Of a stretch of DNA of 64,000 nucleotides, positions 56,817 to 64,000 are shown one piece after another. Each line of letters opens with the position of its first letter. Within the stretch, counting starts at the first letter, position 1. Source of the DNA: a virus; the IMG/VR virus record IMGVR_UViG_3300042261_001117, positions 1-64,000 of that record; one strand, given 5' to 3'. The notes below the pieces were generated by a model that was not told where the DNA came from, searched no databases, and worked only from the letters and a program-made list of their open reading frames with translations. The translations under genes were made by a program, and so were the position numbers.

Positions 56817-57466
56817 CGCTGGTGGTCGAGTACGACGATGCCGCTCCGATCGAAGTCGGGTACGGTACGGAGGTGGTCGTTCGCACGCCGAAGCGCTCGG
56901 CGGAAGGTGCGCTGCGGATCATCGAGGGCACCGGCAAGCTGGTGAGCGTCGAGTTCGGAGACGCGCTGCACGATGCGGATGACGACGAGTCGACGGGTGT
57001 CGGTGTGCGCAGAGTCGCCGCAGATGGCAACGTCACGGAGATGGATTTCGACGCGCCGGAGCGCGTTGTGGCGCTGTTCGTCCACTCGTTCTCCAAGCTG
57101 TTCGAACAGCATCCGACCGCAGAGAACTACGTGCAGTTGGAGGTCAGGCGCGCGGGCGAGGACGCAGGCTACATCGTGACGGTCCAGCGATCGGACAGGA
57201 AGTCGCCGCACGAACTGCGCGTCGCGGCGGAAGCGCAACGCGACGAAGCGGAGATCCTGCTGCGAGAGATGGTCGCGCAGCACTGCGCGGACGACGGCAC
57301 GATCCACGGGAGTCCGTACACGCTGCAGGCGTTCTGCCTGTCGACGAACGCTGACGCGCTCCAGTACCTCGTCGGACGCGGGCAGGCGGTCGAGGTGTAC
57401 GACGGGCTCGGACGCCAGTACTACGCGAGGTGGCCGGAGCCCGTGGCGGACGACGCGAAGGAGTAG
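56804..57466 (+). CDS. Hypothetical protein
   Basis: Overlapping start; GC3-rich codons. Confidence 0.5.
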   Translation: MPRLTLVVEYDDAAPIEVGYGTEVVVRTPKRSAEGALRIIEGTGKLVSVEFGDALHDADDDESTGVGVRRVAADGNVTEMDFDAPERVVALFVHSFSKLFEQHPTAENYVQLEVRRAGEDAGYIVTVQRSDRKSPHELRVAAEAQRDEAEILLREMVAQHCADDGTIHGSPYTLQAFCLSTNADALQYLVGRGQAVEVYDGLGRQYYARWPEPVADDAKE

Positions 57467-57468
57467 CC

Positions 57469-57633
57469 ATGTGCGACGGAAACCCCATCTACGCCACCGC
57501 GATCGGGATGAGCATCGGCGTGGTGCTCATGCTGGCCACGATCGGAGCGGTGTTGGTGGCGCGAGAGGTGGTGCGCTGGTGGCGCTGCGGTCGCCTGTTG
57601 CGGAACCTACGCGGCATCGGTGGTCCGTTCTGA
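57469..57633 (+). CDS. Small single-TM protein
   Basis: AAGGAG SD; hydrophobic core with basic tail. Confidence 0.45.
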   Translation: MCDGNPIYATAIGMSIGVVLMLATIGAVLVAREVVRWWRCGRLLRNLRGIGGPF

Positions 57634-57656
57634 CAGTCCAAAGTCGAAAGTCTCGA

Positions 57657-57676
57657 TACTCGCGCGCGCGCGAGTA
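57657..57676. repeat. Perfect 20-bp palindrome TACT(CG)6AGTA
   Basis: Read directly from sequence in a ~250-bp non-coding gap. Confidence 0.85.
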
Positions 57677-57804
57677 GCCATCCTCCGCAAACGCAAGACG
57701 GCCATGGATGCAGAGATGCAGAAGCGGTCGTTTTCGTGCTGGTCGTGACGACCGGTCGCCGCAAAGTCGAACCGAACGGTTACATGCGTGGTTGAGAAAT
57801 AGCG

Positions 57805-57832
57805 TTGACAACGACGCGTGCCGGGGTACGAT
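57805..57832 (+). promoter_or_regulatory. Promoter TTGACA-16-TACGAT
   Basis: Consensus -35 embedded in GTTGACAAC; leader hairpin and GGAGGAG SD follow. Confidence 0.6.
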
Positions 57833-57889
57833 GGCGTCGTGTGCATCGGTCGGGCGACCGGTGTGGGTCTACCATCGCGGAGGAGCATC

Positions 57890-58174
57890 ATGACGGACAA
57901 GGTGATCGTGCGGACCGTGAACGCGGGCGTCCACTACGGCACGCTCGACAGCCGCGACGGCGGCGAGGTGGTGCTGACGGGAACGCGCAGGATGTGGTAC
58001 TGGGACGGCGCCGCGTCCCTGTCGCAGTTGGCGCGCGACGGCGTGTCGAAGCCGAAGACGTGCAAGTTCTCGGTGACGCTCGACAAGATCACGGTGCTCG
58101 GAGCCATCGAGATCATTCCGTGCACCGAGAAGGCCGTGGCGTGCATCGAGGCGGTGCCCGAATGGACCGCGTGA
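57890..58174 (+). CDS. DUF6948-like small beta protein
   Basis: 'VIVRTVNAGVHYG...RRMWYWDGAASLSQLA...IEIIPCT' recalled phage family pattern. Confidence 0.7.
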   Translation: MTDKVIVRTVNAGVHYGTLDSRDGGEVVLTGTRRMWYWDGAASLSQLARDGVSKPKTCKFSVTLDKITVLGAIEIIPCTEKAVACIEAVPEWTA

Positions 58175-58488
58175 GCGGCTCCGGCTCCGGCTACGGCGAC
58201 GGCTCCGGCTCCGGCTCCGGCTCCGGCGACGGCTACGGCTCCGGCGACGGCTACGGCGACGGCTACGGCTACGGCGACGGCGACGGCTACGGCGACGGCG
58301 ACGGCTACGGCTCCGGCGACGGCTACGGCTCCGGCGACGGCTACGGCGACGGCTACGGCTACGGCGACGGCGACGGCTACGGCGACGGCTCCGGCGACGG
58401 CTACGGCTCCGGCGACGGCTACGGCGACGGCTACGGCTACGGCGACGGCGACGGCTACGGCGACGGCTCCGGCTCCGGCGACGGCTAG
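58162..58488 (+). CDS. Gly-X (X=S/Y/D) low-complexity repeat protein
   Basis: ATG 58162 or GTG 58171 overlapping the upstream stop; strict Gly alternation. Confidence 0.55.
   Translation: MDRVSGSGSGYGDGSGSGSGSGDGYGSGDGYGDGYGYGDGDGYGDGDGYGSGDGYGSGDGYGDGYGYGDGDGYGDGSGDGYGSGDGYGDGYGYGDGDGYGDGSGSGDG
58177..58488. repeat. 52-unit hexamer tandem array (GGCTCC/GGCTAC/GGCGAC) with a 72-bp higher-order unit x3
   Basis: Counted directly; last unit is GGCTAG. Confidence 0.95.
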
Positions 58489-58883
58489 ATCGTAGGATCG
58501 TGCACGTCCGGCCCGTCATCCACCGGCAGCGTGATGTCCGGCGGCAGCGGATCGAGCCCTAGCTCCGCTCGCAGCACGCGCACCGACCCCAGCGGATCTT
58601 CCTCGTCCTGTCGCCGCCACCACGGTGCGTCGGCGTACCGCCGGTGCATCTCGGTCGCGTAGTCGGTGTACTCAAGTAGCTCGATCGGCGTGATGCCGAG
58701 TGCGTCGGACAGCGCGCACAGGGTTCGCAGCGACGGCCAGCGGGTGCCCGCTTCGTACTCCGTGATCCACCGCCCGAACGGCGTGGTCTGCCCGACGACG
58801 GACGCGCGGCGGGCAAGCTCGCGCTGCGAGAGCCCCATCTCGGTGCGGGCGGCTAGCAGTTTCGCTGGTGAGAACCGCCACAC
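58485..58883 (-). CDS. XRE-family HTH regulator
   Basis: 'LLAARTEMGLSQRELARR...ITEYEAGTRWPSLRTLCALSDALG'. Confidence 0.85.
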   Translation of the reverse strand: MWRFSPAKLLAARTEMGLSQRELARRASVVGQTTPFGRWITEYEAGTRWPSLRTLCALSDALGITPIELLEYTDYATEMHRRYADAPWWRRQDEEDPLGSVRVLRAELGLDPLPPDITLPVDDGPDVHDPTI

Positions 58884-58885
58884 TG

Positions 58886-59182
58886 CTACTCCTTGAGCGG
58901 CACGGCGAACGCGGCCAGCACCTCGGCGATGGAGCGGTCGACGACGTCCGGTGAGCCGGACACGTCGCGCAGGTGGTCAGACCAGCGCCGGACCTCGCGT
59001 TCGATGCGCTTGGCGGCTTCCGGCTCAGCGTTCGCCCAAAGTTCGGACAGGTCCACCCCCAGCAGCGCTCTGGACGCGATTGCTGCTGCAGCGTCTCTGG
59101 TTCGCTCGACGGGTCGACCGGACATGGGCGGTAACGCTTGCGTCGGTGGTTGTTGAACCTTCTTGAATTCTACGGTCGCCAA
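58886..59182 (-). CDS. Hypothetical protein upstream of XRE gene
   Basis: Its 3' end supplies the AAGGAG SD for the XRE gene; TTG start uncertain. Confidence 0.45.
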   Translation of the reverse strand: MATVEFKKVQQPPTQALPPMSGRPVERTRDAAAAIASRALLGVDLSELWANAEPEAAKRIEREVRRWSDHLRDVSGSPDVVDRSIAEVLAAFAVPLKE

Positions 59183-59215
59183 TCGAAATCAGCAAGGCCG
59201 GAACGCCAAACGCAG

Positions 59216-59243
59216 TTGTGAGCGGAAACGAGTGGTGTACAAT
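59216..59243 (+). promoter_or_regulatory. Promoter TTGTGA-16-TACAAT for the terminase genes
   Basis: TTGTG -35 as in the tail promoters; GGAGG SD follows. Confidence 0.55.
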
Positions 59244-59261
59244 GAACGGCGGAGGGCGACC

Positions 59262-59927
59262 ATGACCGGCAGACACGCAGGACCAGACGGGAAGAAGCGC
59301 GCGACCAGCAAGGAGAAGAAGACCTCGCCACGACTTGGCAAGCCTGGGCCGCACATCACCGTCGACCTCGCGCTCTACCGCAGGGCGTGGGAGATCTACA
59401 AACTGCGGCCGTACCCGAACGCGATCTACGAGGGCATCCCGGAGATCGGGCGCACGTACGCGAAGCAGCTTGTCGAGCGCGGCGTGCCGGAGATTGGGCT
59501 GCCGCCGCTCTCGATCAAGATGCAGGTCGCGATGTCGTTGGCCACGCAGATGGACGTGGACGAGGCCGCGCAGTCGGTGGCGGTGGGGCGCAAGGCGCTT
59601 CGCACCGCGCTGCGCGCGATGCTGCTGCGCATCGATCAGGTGGTGTCGTCGCCGACCGAGCTAGCGCGGCTGTCGCCCGCCGCGTGCATCGCGCTGATCC
59701 CGAAGTCCGTCGAGTTGAACGAGAAGCTGTCGAAGCCGACCGATGAACTGACGATGGACGCGCTGAACCAGTTCAACGACGGCGTCACGGACGTGCTGGG
59801 AGGCCTGTTCGCGTCGCTCCGCGACATCGCTGCCAAGCGTCTACCCAAGACGCCCGACGCCGCGAAGATGAACGCCACCACGCCCGAGCGGCTCGACAAG
59901 CTGGAGAAGACCGGGGCCCTCGAATGA
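59262..59927 (+). CDS. Putative terminase small subunit
   Basis: Basic N-terminus and helical body; ATGA-coupled to TerL. Confidence 0.55.
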   Translation: MTGRHAGPDGKKRATSKEKKTSPRLGKPGPHITVDLALYRRAWEIYKLRPYPNAIYEGIPEIGRTYAKQLVERGVPEIGLPPLSIKMQVAMSLATQMDVDEAAQSVAVGRKALRTALRAMLLRIDQVVSSPTELARLSPAACIALIPKSVELNEKLSKPTDELTMDALNQFNDGVTDVLGGLFASLRDIAAKRLPKTPDAAKMNATTPERLDKLEKTGALE

Positions 59928-61681
59928 AGTCCGCCGCACCTCCGCGCGGCGCCCGGCGACCGCAGGCGTCTCCGTCGCCGATCATCGTCCCGCGCATCAC
60001 CGAGCCGCTGCGGGCGGTCGTCCCGCCCGCGGTGCTCCGCCAATCGAAGGAACTCAACCCCGAGCAGCGTACCGCGCTCAAGACCGCGATCGTGTCGGTG
60101 CTCGACGACTGGCTGCGTCCGTACCAGCGCGAGTGGCTGGCGGACACGTCCCAGCACAAGGTGGCCAACTGGTCGCGCCAGATCGGCAAGAGCGAGGTGA
60201 TCTCGCTCGAGGCGATTCTTCAGGGCCTCGAGCCGCCGGAGACGATGGAGAAGTGCGAGATCCTCGTCAGCGCCAGCCAGTCGCAGGCGAACGAGATCAT
60301 GATGAAGGCCGTGCGCTGGAGCCACATCATCGACGAGATCGCGCGCAAGACGCTGGGCGTCTCGATCTACATGAACGGCAAGGGCCCGCAGTCCGCTCAC
60401 CCGGAGCAGATCTGGTTGTACAATTCCGTGCGCGTCATCACGCTGCCCGCGAACCCGTACTCCGCTGCGGGCTACCACGGCGACGTCTTTTGGGATGAGG
60501 TCGCCAAGACTCCCCACGATGACCTGATGTGGGACGCGCTGCACCCGATGATCTCCGGCAACAACTACCGCTTCCGCGCCACCAGCACGCCGTGGGGCGA
60601 CCAGGGGAAGTACTACGAGATCTGGCACAACCTCCCCGACTGGTCGAAGCACCAAGTCACGATCATCGACGCCGTGCGCCAGGGCGTCCCGCGCGACCTG
60701 GAGTCCATGCGACGCCAGTACGACGCGATCACCTGGGCGCAGAACTACCTGTGCCGATTCCTCTCGTCGCTGACGAGCGCGTACCCGCGCGACCTGCTGA
60801 AGGCTGCGATCGAGTTGTACTCCGACCTGCCGGACCTACCGCGCGCGCCAGCTCCGGGCGTCTGGCCGGACGACGTGTACGTGACGCTGGGCATCGACAT
60901 CGGCCGCACCAACGACCGCACCGCGCTGGTGTGGGAGTACGAGTACCCGCAGGGCTGCTACCGCTTTGAGCGCGTGCGGCAACTGGTCAAGATGCCGTTC
61001 GCGCAGCAAGAGCAGGTCATCCGCGAGATCCTGCGCGGCGGCGAAGTTCACAAGTGCCAGATCGACTCGACCGGCATCGGCATGCAGATGGCGGAGAACC
61101 TCTCGAACGAGTTCCCCGAGATCGTGCGACCGGTGACGTTCACGAACCAGCAGAAGGCGCAGATGGTGCTGGCCATGCGCGCGGACTTCGAGCGCGGCGT
61201 GCTGGCCATGGTGCCGGACAACGACCTGCTCAGCGACTTCACCTCGGTGCGGCAGGAGATCCTGGAGTCGTCGCGCACGGTGCGGTTCGGCAGCGCACGC
61301 ACCGCCAGCGGGCACGCGGACGGGCACTGGGCGGCAGGCCTCGCGCACGACGCGCAGGTCAACCGCGCGGAGTGGCAGGTCGGCGACAGCGACGTGGACG
61401 AGCCGGTCATCCGGCGTCGGCAGCAGGGCAAGGGCTTCTCGATCGAGACGCCGCTTCCGGTCGATCCGTACTACGGCGGCATGGGCGGGATGCCGAAGGG
61501 CAGCGACATCACCGGCGGCCCGAGCTACGAGGGCGACCTCGACGACCTGTCGATGCTCGACGACGAGACGCTGGAGATGAAGCTGCTGGGGCTGGACCCG
61601 GACGACTACGACGAGGACCAGGAGAAGCGCACGGCTGGCCGCCGAGCGCAATTGTTCAAAGGCGTTCGCAAAAAGAGTTGA
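59924..61681 (+). CDS. terL: Terminase large subunit (Terminase_6, Mu gp28-like)
   Basis: 'LRPYQ', 'WSRQIGKS', 'FWDEVA', 'TSTPWG', 'GIDIGRTND', 'IDSTGIG', 'HADGHWA'. Confidence 0.92.
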   Translation: MKSAAPPRGARRPQASPSPIIVPRITEPLRAVVPPAVLRQSKELNPEQRTALKTAIVSVLDDWLRPYQREWLADTSQHKVANWSRQIGKSEVISLEAILQGLEPPETMEKCEILVSASQSQANEIMMKAVRWSHIIDEIARKTLGVSIYMNGKGPQSAHPEQIWLYNSVRVITLPANPYSAAGYHGDVFWDEVAKTPHDDLMWDALHPMISGNNYRFRATSTPWGDQGKYYEIWHNLPDWSKHQVTIIDAVRQGVPRDLESMRRQYDAITWAQNYLCRFLSSLTSAYPRDLLKAAIELYSDLPDLPRAPAPGVWPDDVYVTLGIDIGRTNDRTALVWEYEYPQGCYRFERVRQLVKMPFAQQEQVIREILRGGEVHKCQIDSTGIGMQMAENLSNEFPEIVRPVTFTNQQKAQMVLAMRADFERGVLAMVPDNDLLSDFTSVRQEILESSRTVRFGSARTASGHADGHWAAGLAHDAQVNRAEWQVGDSDVDEPVIRRRQQGKGFSIETPLPVDPYYGGMGGMPKGSDITGGPSYEGDLDDLSMLDDETLEMKLLGLDPDDYDEDQEKRTAGRRAQLFKGVRKKS

Positions 61682-61731
61682 CGATCGTGATGGGCCGTCG
61701 TAACGTGGCACCATGACGCGGACGAACCGCG
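61670..61731 (+). promoter_or_regulatory. Early-type promoter (AAAAGAG-TTGACG-17-TAACGT) with leader hairpin
   Basis: Fourth copy of the family; CGCGG-ACGAA-CCGCG hairpin at 61717-61731. Confidence 0.65.
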
Positions 61732-61748
61732 GCGAGAGGGGGTCGACC

Positions 61749-62042
61749 ATGACGAGCTTCATCCGAGCCAAGTACGAAGGGCGCTGCAGCGACTGCGGGC
61801 GCCGCATGCCGGTCGGAACGCTCATCGCGTGGAAGCACGGTGCATCGCGCGAGGTGCGCTGCATCGAGTGCGAGGACGTGCGCAGCCGCCAGCCGATGTT
61901 CATGGCCCACGCGGATCGCCACGAGCGCGACGACTACTACGCGCGCCGTGCACGCGCGGGCGTCAACCGCGCGCTGGCCGACGCCCGCCGGAACGAGATC
62001 GCCGCGATGACCGCGCAGGCGGTCGCCCACGCGGGTGCGTGA
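61749..62042 (+). CDS. Small Zn-ribbon protein
   Basis: 'AKYEGRCSDCG...CIEC'. Confidence 0.55.
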   Translation: MTSFIRAKYEGRCSDCGRRMPVGTLIAWKHGASREVRCIECEDVRSRQPMFMAHADRHERDDYYARRARAGVNRALADARRNEIAAMTAQAVAHAGA

Positions 62043-62437
62043 TGGAGCGCAAGAAGCACCTCTCCTGGCGCGGCGTCCTGCGCGAAGCCGCGACGGATAT
62101 CCTGTCCACGGTGCGCTCGTCGCGCGACTGCGGAGCGCTTGACGAGAGCCGAAGCTACCGGCTGGACTGCAACACCGCAGATCGCGTGCGCGCTACGCTC
62201 GAGGAACTGCTCAACGGACCCATCCAGCGCGTGGGCGACGGCAACGCGACGCTGCTGGTGGCGCTGTCCGAAGCGGAGGCGGATGCGCTGCTTCGCGCGT
62301 ACAGACACGCAGAAGCCTCCATCGACTACGACAGAACGAACGCCGCGCAGCACGGGTGGTCGCGTGCTGCCATCCGCTCGATGACCGGCGCCATCAGCCA
62401 GATCTATGACGCCAAGAGGAGGAACGCGCGATGCTGA
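62042..62437 (+). CDS. Hypothetical protein
   Basis: TGATG coupling with previous gene. Confidence 0.45.
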   Translation: MERKKHLSWRGVLREAATDILSTVRSSRDCGALDESRSYRLDCNTADRVRATLEELLNGPIQRVGDGNATLLVALSEAEADALLRAYRHAEASIDYDRTNAAQHGWSRAAIRSMTGAISQIYDAKRRNARC

Positions 62438-62565
62438 CGATGCAGACGCTCTGCGACCGCCTGTGCGCCACGAAGGGCGCGGGACGTACCGGGTGGCTTC
62501 ACCCCGACGACGCCGAGCGCGTCGAGCACCTCGTGTGGTGCTTCAGTGAAGGGCTGGTGGCGTGA
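62431..62565 (+). CDS. 44-aa hypothetical protein (not in the ORF track)
   Basis: GAGGAGG SD; fills the gap; TGATG-coupled to the next gene. Confidence 0.4.
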   Translation: MLTMQTLCDRLCATKGAGRTGWLHPDDAERVEHLVWCFSEGLVA

Positions 62566-62918
62566 TGAGGAACGTGGTGGTCGATTGCGCGCTCGGCGCA
62601 GAACTGAACGCACAACTGGAGCAGCTTCGTGTCGCGGCGGCTGCGTGTCTGAAAGCCGCAGCGATGATCGACGCGGAGGACATCGTCGAACTGGCGCTCA
62701 CGCACCGCAGCGACGTGGTGATCGGACGTCTGGCGATGGCGATGGACCTGATCTCGGTCGCTGCGGCCCGGCTCGGCGTCACACAAGCGGTCGCGAACAG
62801 CGAGATCCGGTGCAACGAAGACGCGCTGCTGACGGAAGAAGACCTGCAACGCGTCGGGCTGGTGGCCGTGCAGATGAACGAGAACGGCGACGGGTTCGGT
62901 CCGGTGGGCAACGCGTAG
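62565..62918 (+). CDS. Hypothetical protein
   Basis: Packed ORF. Confidence 0.45.
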   Translation: MRNVVVDCALGAELNAQLEQLRVAAAACLKAAAMIDAEDIVELALTHRSDVVIGRLAMAMDLISVAAARLGVTQAVANSEIRCNEDALLTEEDLQRVGLVAVQMNENGDGFGPVGNA

Positions 62919-62927
62919 GGGGTGGAG

Positions 62928-63068
62928 ATGTTCGACGACCACGGGCGCTACGTGCACGAGGTGAGCGGAGAGATCGGCGTGCTGCTCACGCGCATGCTGC
63001 AGGCTGCGGTGCTGATCGGTGCGTGCGTGATCATGGGCGTCGCCGTGGCCGCGGCGTACGTGGGGTAG
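62928..63068 (+). CDS. 46-aa single-TM protein (not in the ORF track)
   Basis: GGGGGTGG SD-like; hydrophobic C-half. Confidence 0.4.
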   Translation: MFDDHGRYVHEVSGEIGVLLTRMLQAAVLIGACVIMGVAVAAAYVG

Positions 63069-63117
63069 GCGATCCGGCAGTTGGGCGCGTTGGGACGTCG
63101 GCGGTCGGGTCGCGCAT

Positions 63118-63190
63118 GGGCCAGTAGCTCAGTTGGGTGAGCGCCACCCTTGCAAGGTGGAGGTCGCCGGTTCAATCCCGGTCTGGTCCA
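63118..63190 (+). tRNA. tRNA-Ala (UGC)
   Basis: Acceptor GGGCCAG/CTGGTCC with G3:U70 and A73; anticodon arm CCACC-CT TGC AA-GGTGG; T-loop GGTTCAATCC; CCA not encoded. Confidence 0.95.
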
Positions 63191-63210
63191 CTGCGTTGGA
63201 GAGGTAATCG

Positions 63211-63480
63211 ATGGAGTACATCGTTAGAGACGTCACACACAGCCACCGGACGATAGATGTAGGCACGGGCTCGCTGTCGTTCGACAAGAAGACGCAGGCT
63301 GTTCACCTGTTCTCTGACGAGGGACGAGGCCGGTGCGTCGCGCAACTGGATCGAGCCATGGTGACGCAGATGGCGACGGCTGGAATCTGGATTGTCGGGT
63401 ACAAGCCAGACGGAATCGACAAGCATCGACGGCAGCGATTCGTACTGACCGAGTGGTTCTGCGCGTACAAGGAGCACTAG
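63211..63480 (+). CDS. Hypothetical protein
   Basis: GAGAGGT SD. Confidence 0.5.
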   Translation: MEYIVRDVTHSHRTIDVGTGSLSFDKKTQAVHLFSDEGRGRCVAQLDRAMVTQMATAGIWIVGYKPDGIDKHRRQRFVLTEWFCAYKEH

Positions 63481-63483
63481 ACC

Positions 63484-63678
63484 ATGGAGATGCAACTTCG
63501 AGAGCCCCGCGGAGCGATCGACCCGCGCTTGACCGAGTCAGAGGAGCGCGAGGTGCTCCGCCGCATGGACGCAGACTTTGCGCGGCTGTTCGGCGCTGGC
63601 GGTCTGCCGGAGTGCCGGTGCTGCATGCCGGACCCCGCCACGGAAGAACGCATCCAGCGTTTACGGAGCGCGACGTGA
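63484..63678 (+). CDS. Hypothetical protein
   Basis: AAGGAG SD. Confidence 0.4.
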   Translation: MEMQLREPRGAIDPRLTESEEREVLRRMDADFARLFGAGGLPECRCCMPDPATEERIQRLRSAT

Positions 63679-63956
63679 CACGACGTCGCCAGCACACCGG
63701 CAAGCGCGTCGACAAGGCCAAGACGCTCGCGGCGCACGCGGGCTCTAGACTGCACGAGCGCTACGGGCTCGCGCACCGCGACGCGGAGGCCATCGCGCAG
63801 TTGATCCGCGACGGGAAGTCGACGCCGGTCGAGAAGCAATCGAACGCCCGGTCTGTCCACGACGTGGTGTACGACGGCGTGACGATTCGCGTGGTCTATG
63901 ACCGCGAGCGGAAGTGCTTGATCACCGCGCTGCCGAAGGAGGCGATCGGCTCATGA
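63675..63956 (+). CDS. Small RelE/DUF4258-like fold protein
   Basis: 'HAGSRLHERYG...IRVVYD...LITALP'. Confidence 0.5.
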   Translation: MTRRRQHTGKRVDKAKTLAAHAGSRLHERYGLAHRDAEAIAQLIRDGKSTPVEKQSNARSVHDVVYDGVTIRVVYDRERKCLITALPKEAIGS

Positions 63957-64000
63957 GCGCTACCGGACGATCTGACGTTCGCAGACCGATGGACTGCTAC

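Noticed and set aside
58177-58488. Repeat array as CRISPR or a DGR template
   Set aside because: No unique spacers, no cas or reverse transcriptase gene, and no adenine-specific variant pair.
57869-58519. Minus-strand Arg/Ser-repeat ORF resembling an SR or protamine-like protein
   Set aside because: It is the antisense reading of the GGCNNC hexamer array, with no credible start signal.
6653-63486. Many TAG stops are followed in-frame by the next start (e.g. 6655, 12421, 13612, 14626, 21547, 31306, 39143, 47720, 63480), suggesting amber recoding
   Set aside because: Most downstream genes have their own SD and complete N-termini, no conserved domain is split by TAG, TGA stops show the same spacing, and the only tRNA is Ala. 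SD-to-start geometry explains the pattern.

Overview
This window is a 64-kb segment of a high-GC, almost entirely plus-strand tailed dsDNA phage with a contractile tail (myovirus-like). No host housekeeping genes, integrase or CRISPR array are visible. Gene order: (1) 1-20.7 kb: neck, sheath, tube, tail chaperone with a candidate +1 frameshift, tape measure, baseplate, fibres and holin-like genes; (2) 20.7-27.8 kb: early-type module with a RavA-like AAA+ ATPase, a ViaA-like VWA protein and two DUF2924/RAMA-like proteins, behind a repeated promoter/leader motif; (3) 27.9-38.2 kb: SNF2-like helicase, HTH, SbcD/SbcC, lambda O/P-like initiator and loader with iterons, and a RuvC-like resolvase; (4) 39-57.6 kb: radical SAM, three DNA methyltransferases, YhaM-like HD nuclease, lytic transglycosylase, an AT-rich HNH, NlpC/P60 and many small ORFs; (5) a DUF6948-like gene plus a pure Gly-X repeat gene, a minus-strand XRE pair, terminase subunits and tRNA-Ala(UGC). 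The most striking unexplained structure is non-coding. Two ~100-110-nt promoter-proximal RNA leaders, before the replication initiator and before the HNH gene, differ in sequence but share one interleaved a-b-(UUCG hairpin)-a'-b' architecture. There is also a four-copy promoter family with a conserved pentaloop leader hairpin, a GTTGNCAAC operator-like palindrome, and a TTGTG promoter class at late genes. All family assignments are from motif recognition by eye and need HMM or structure confirmation.
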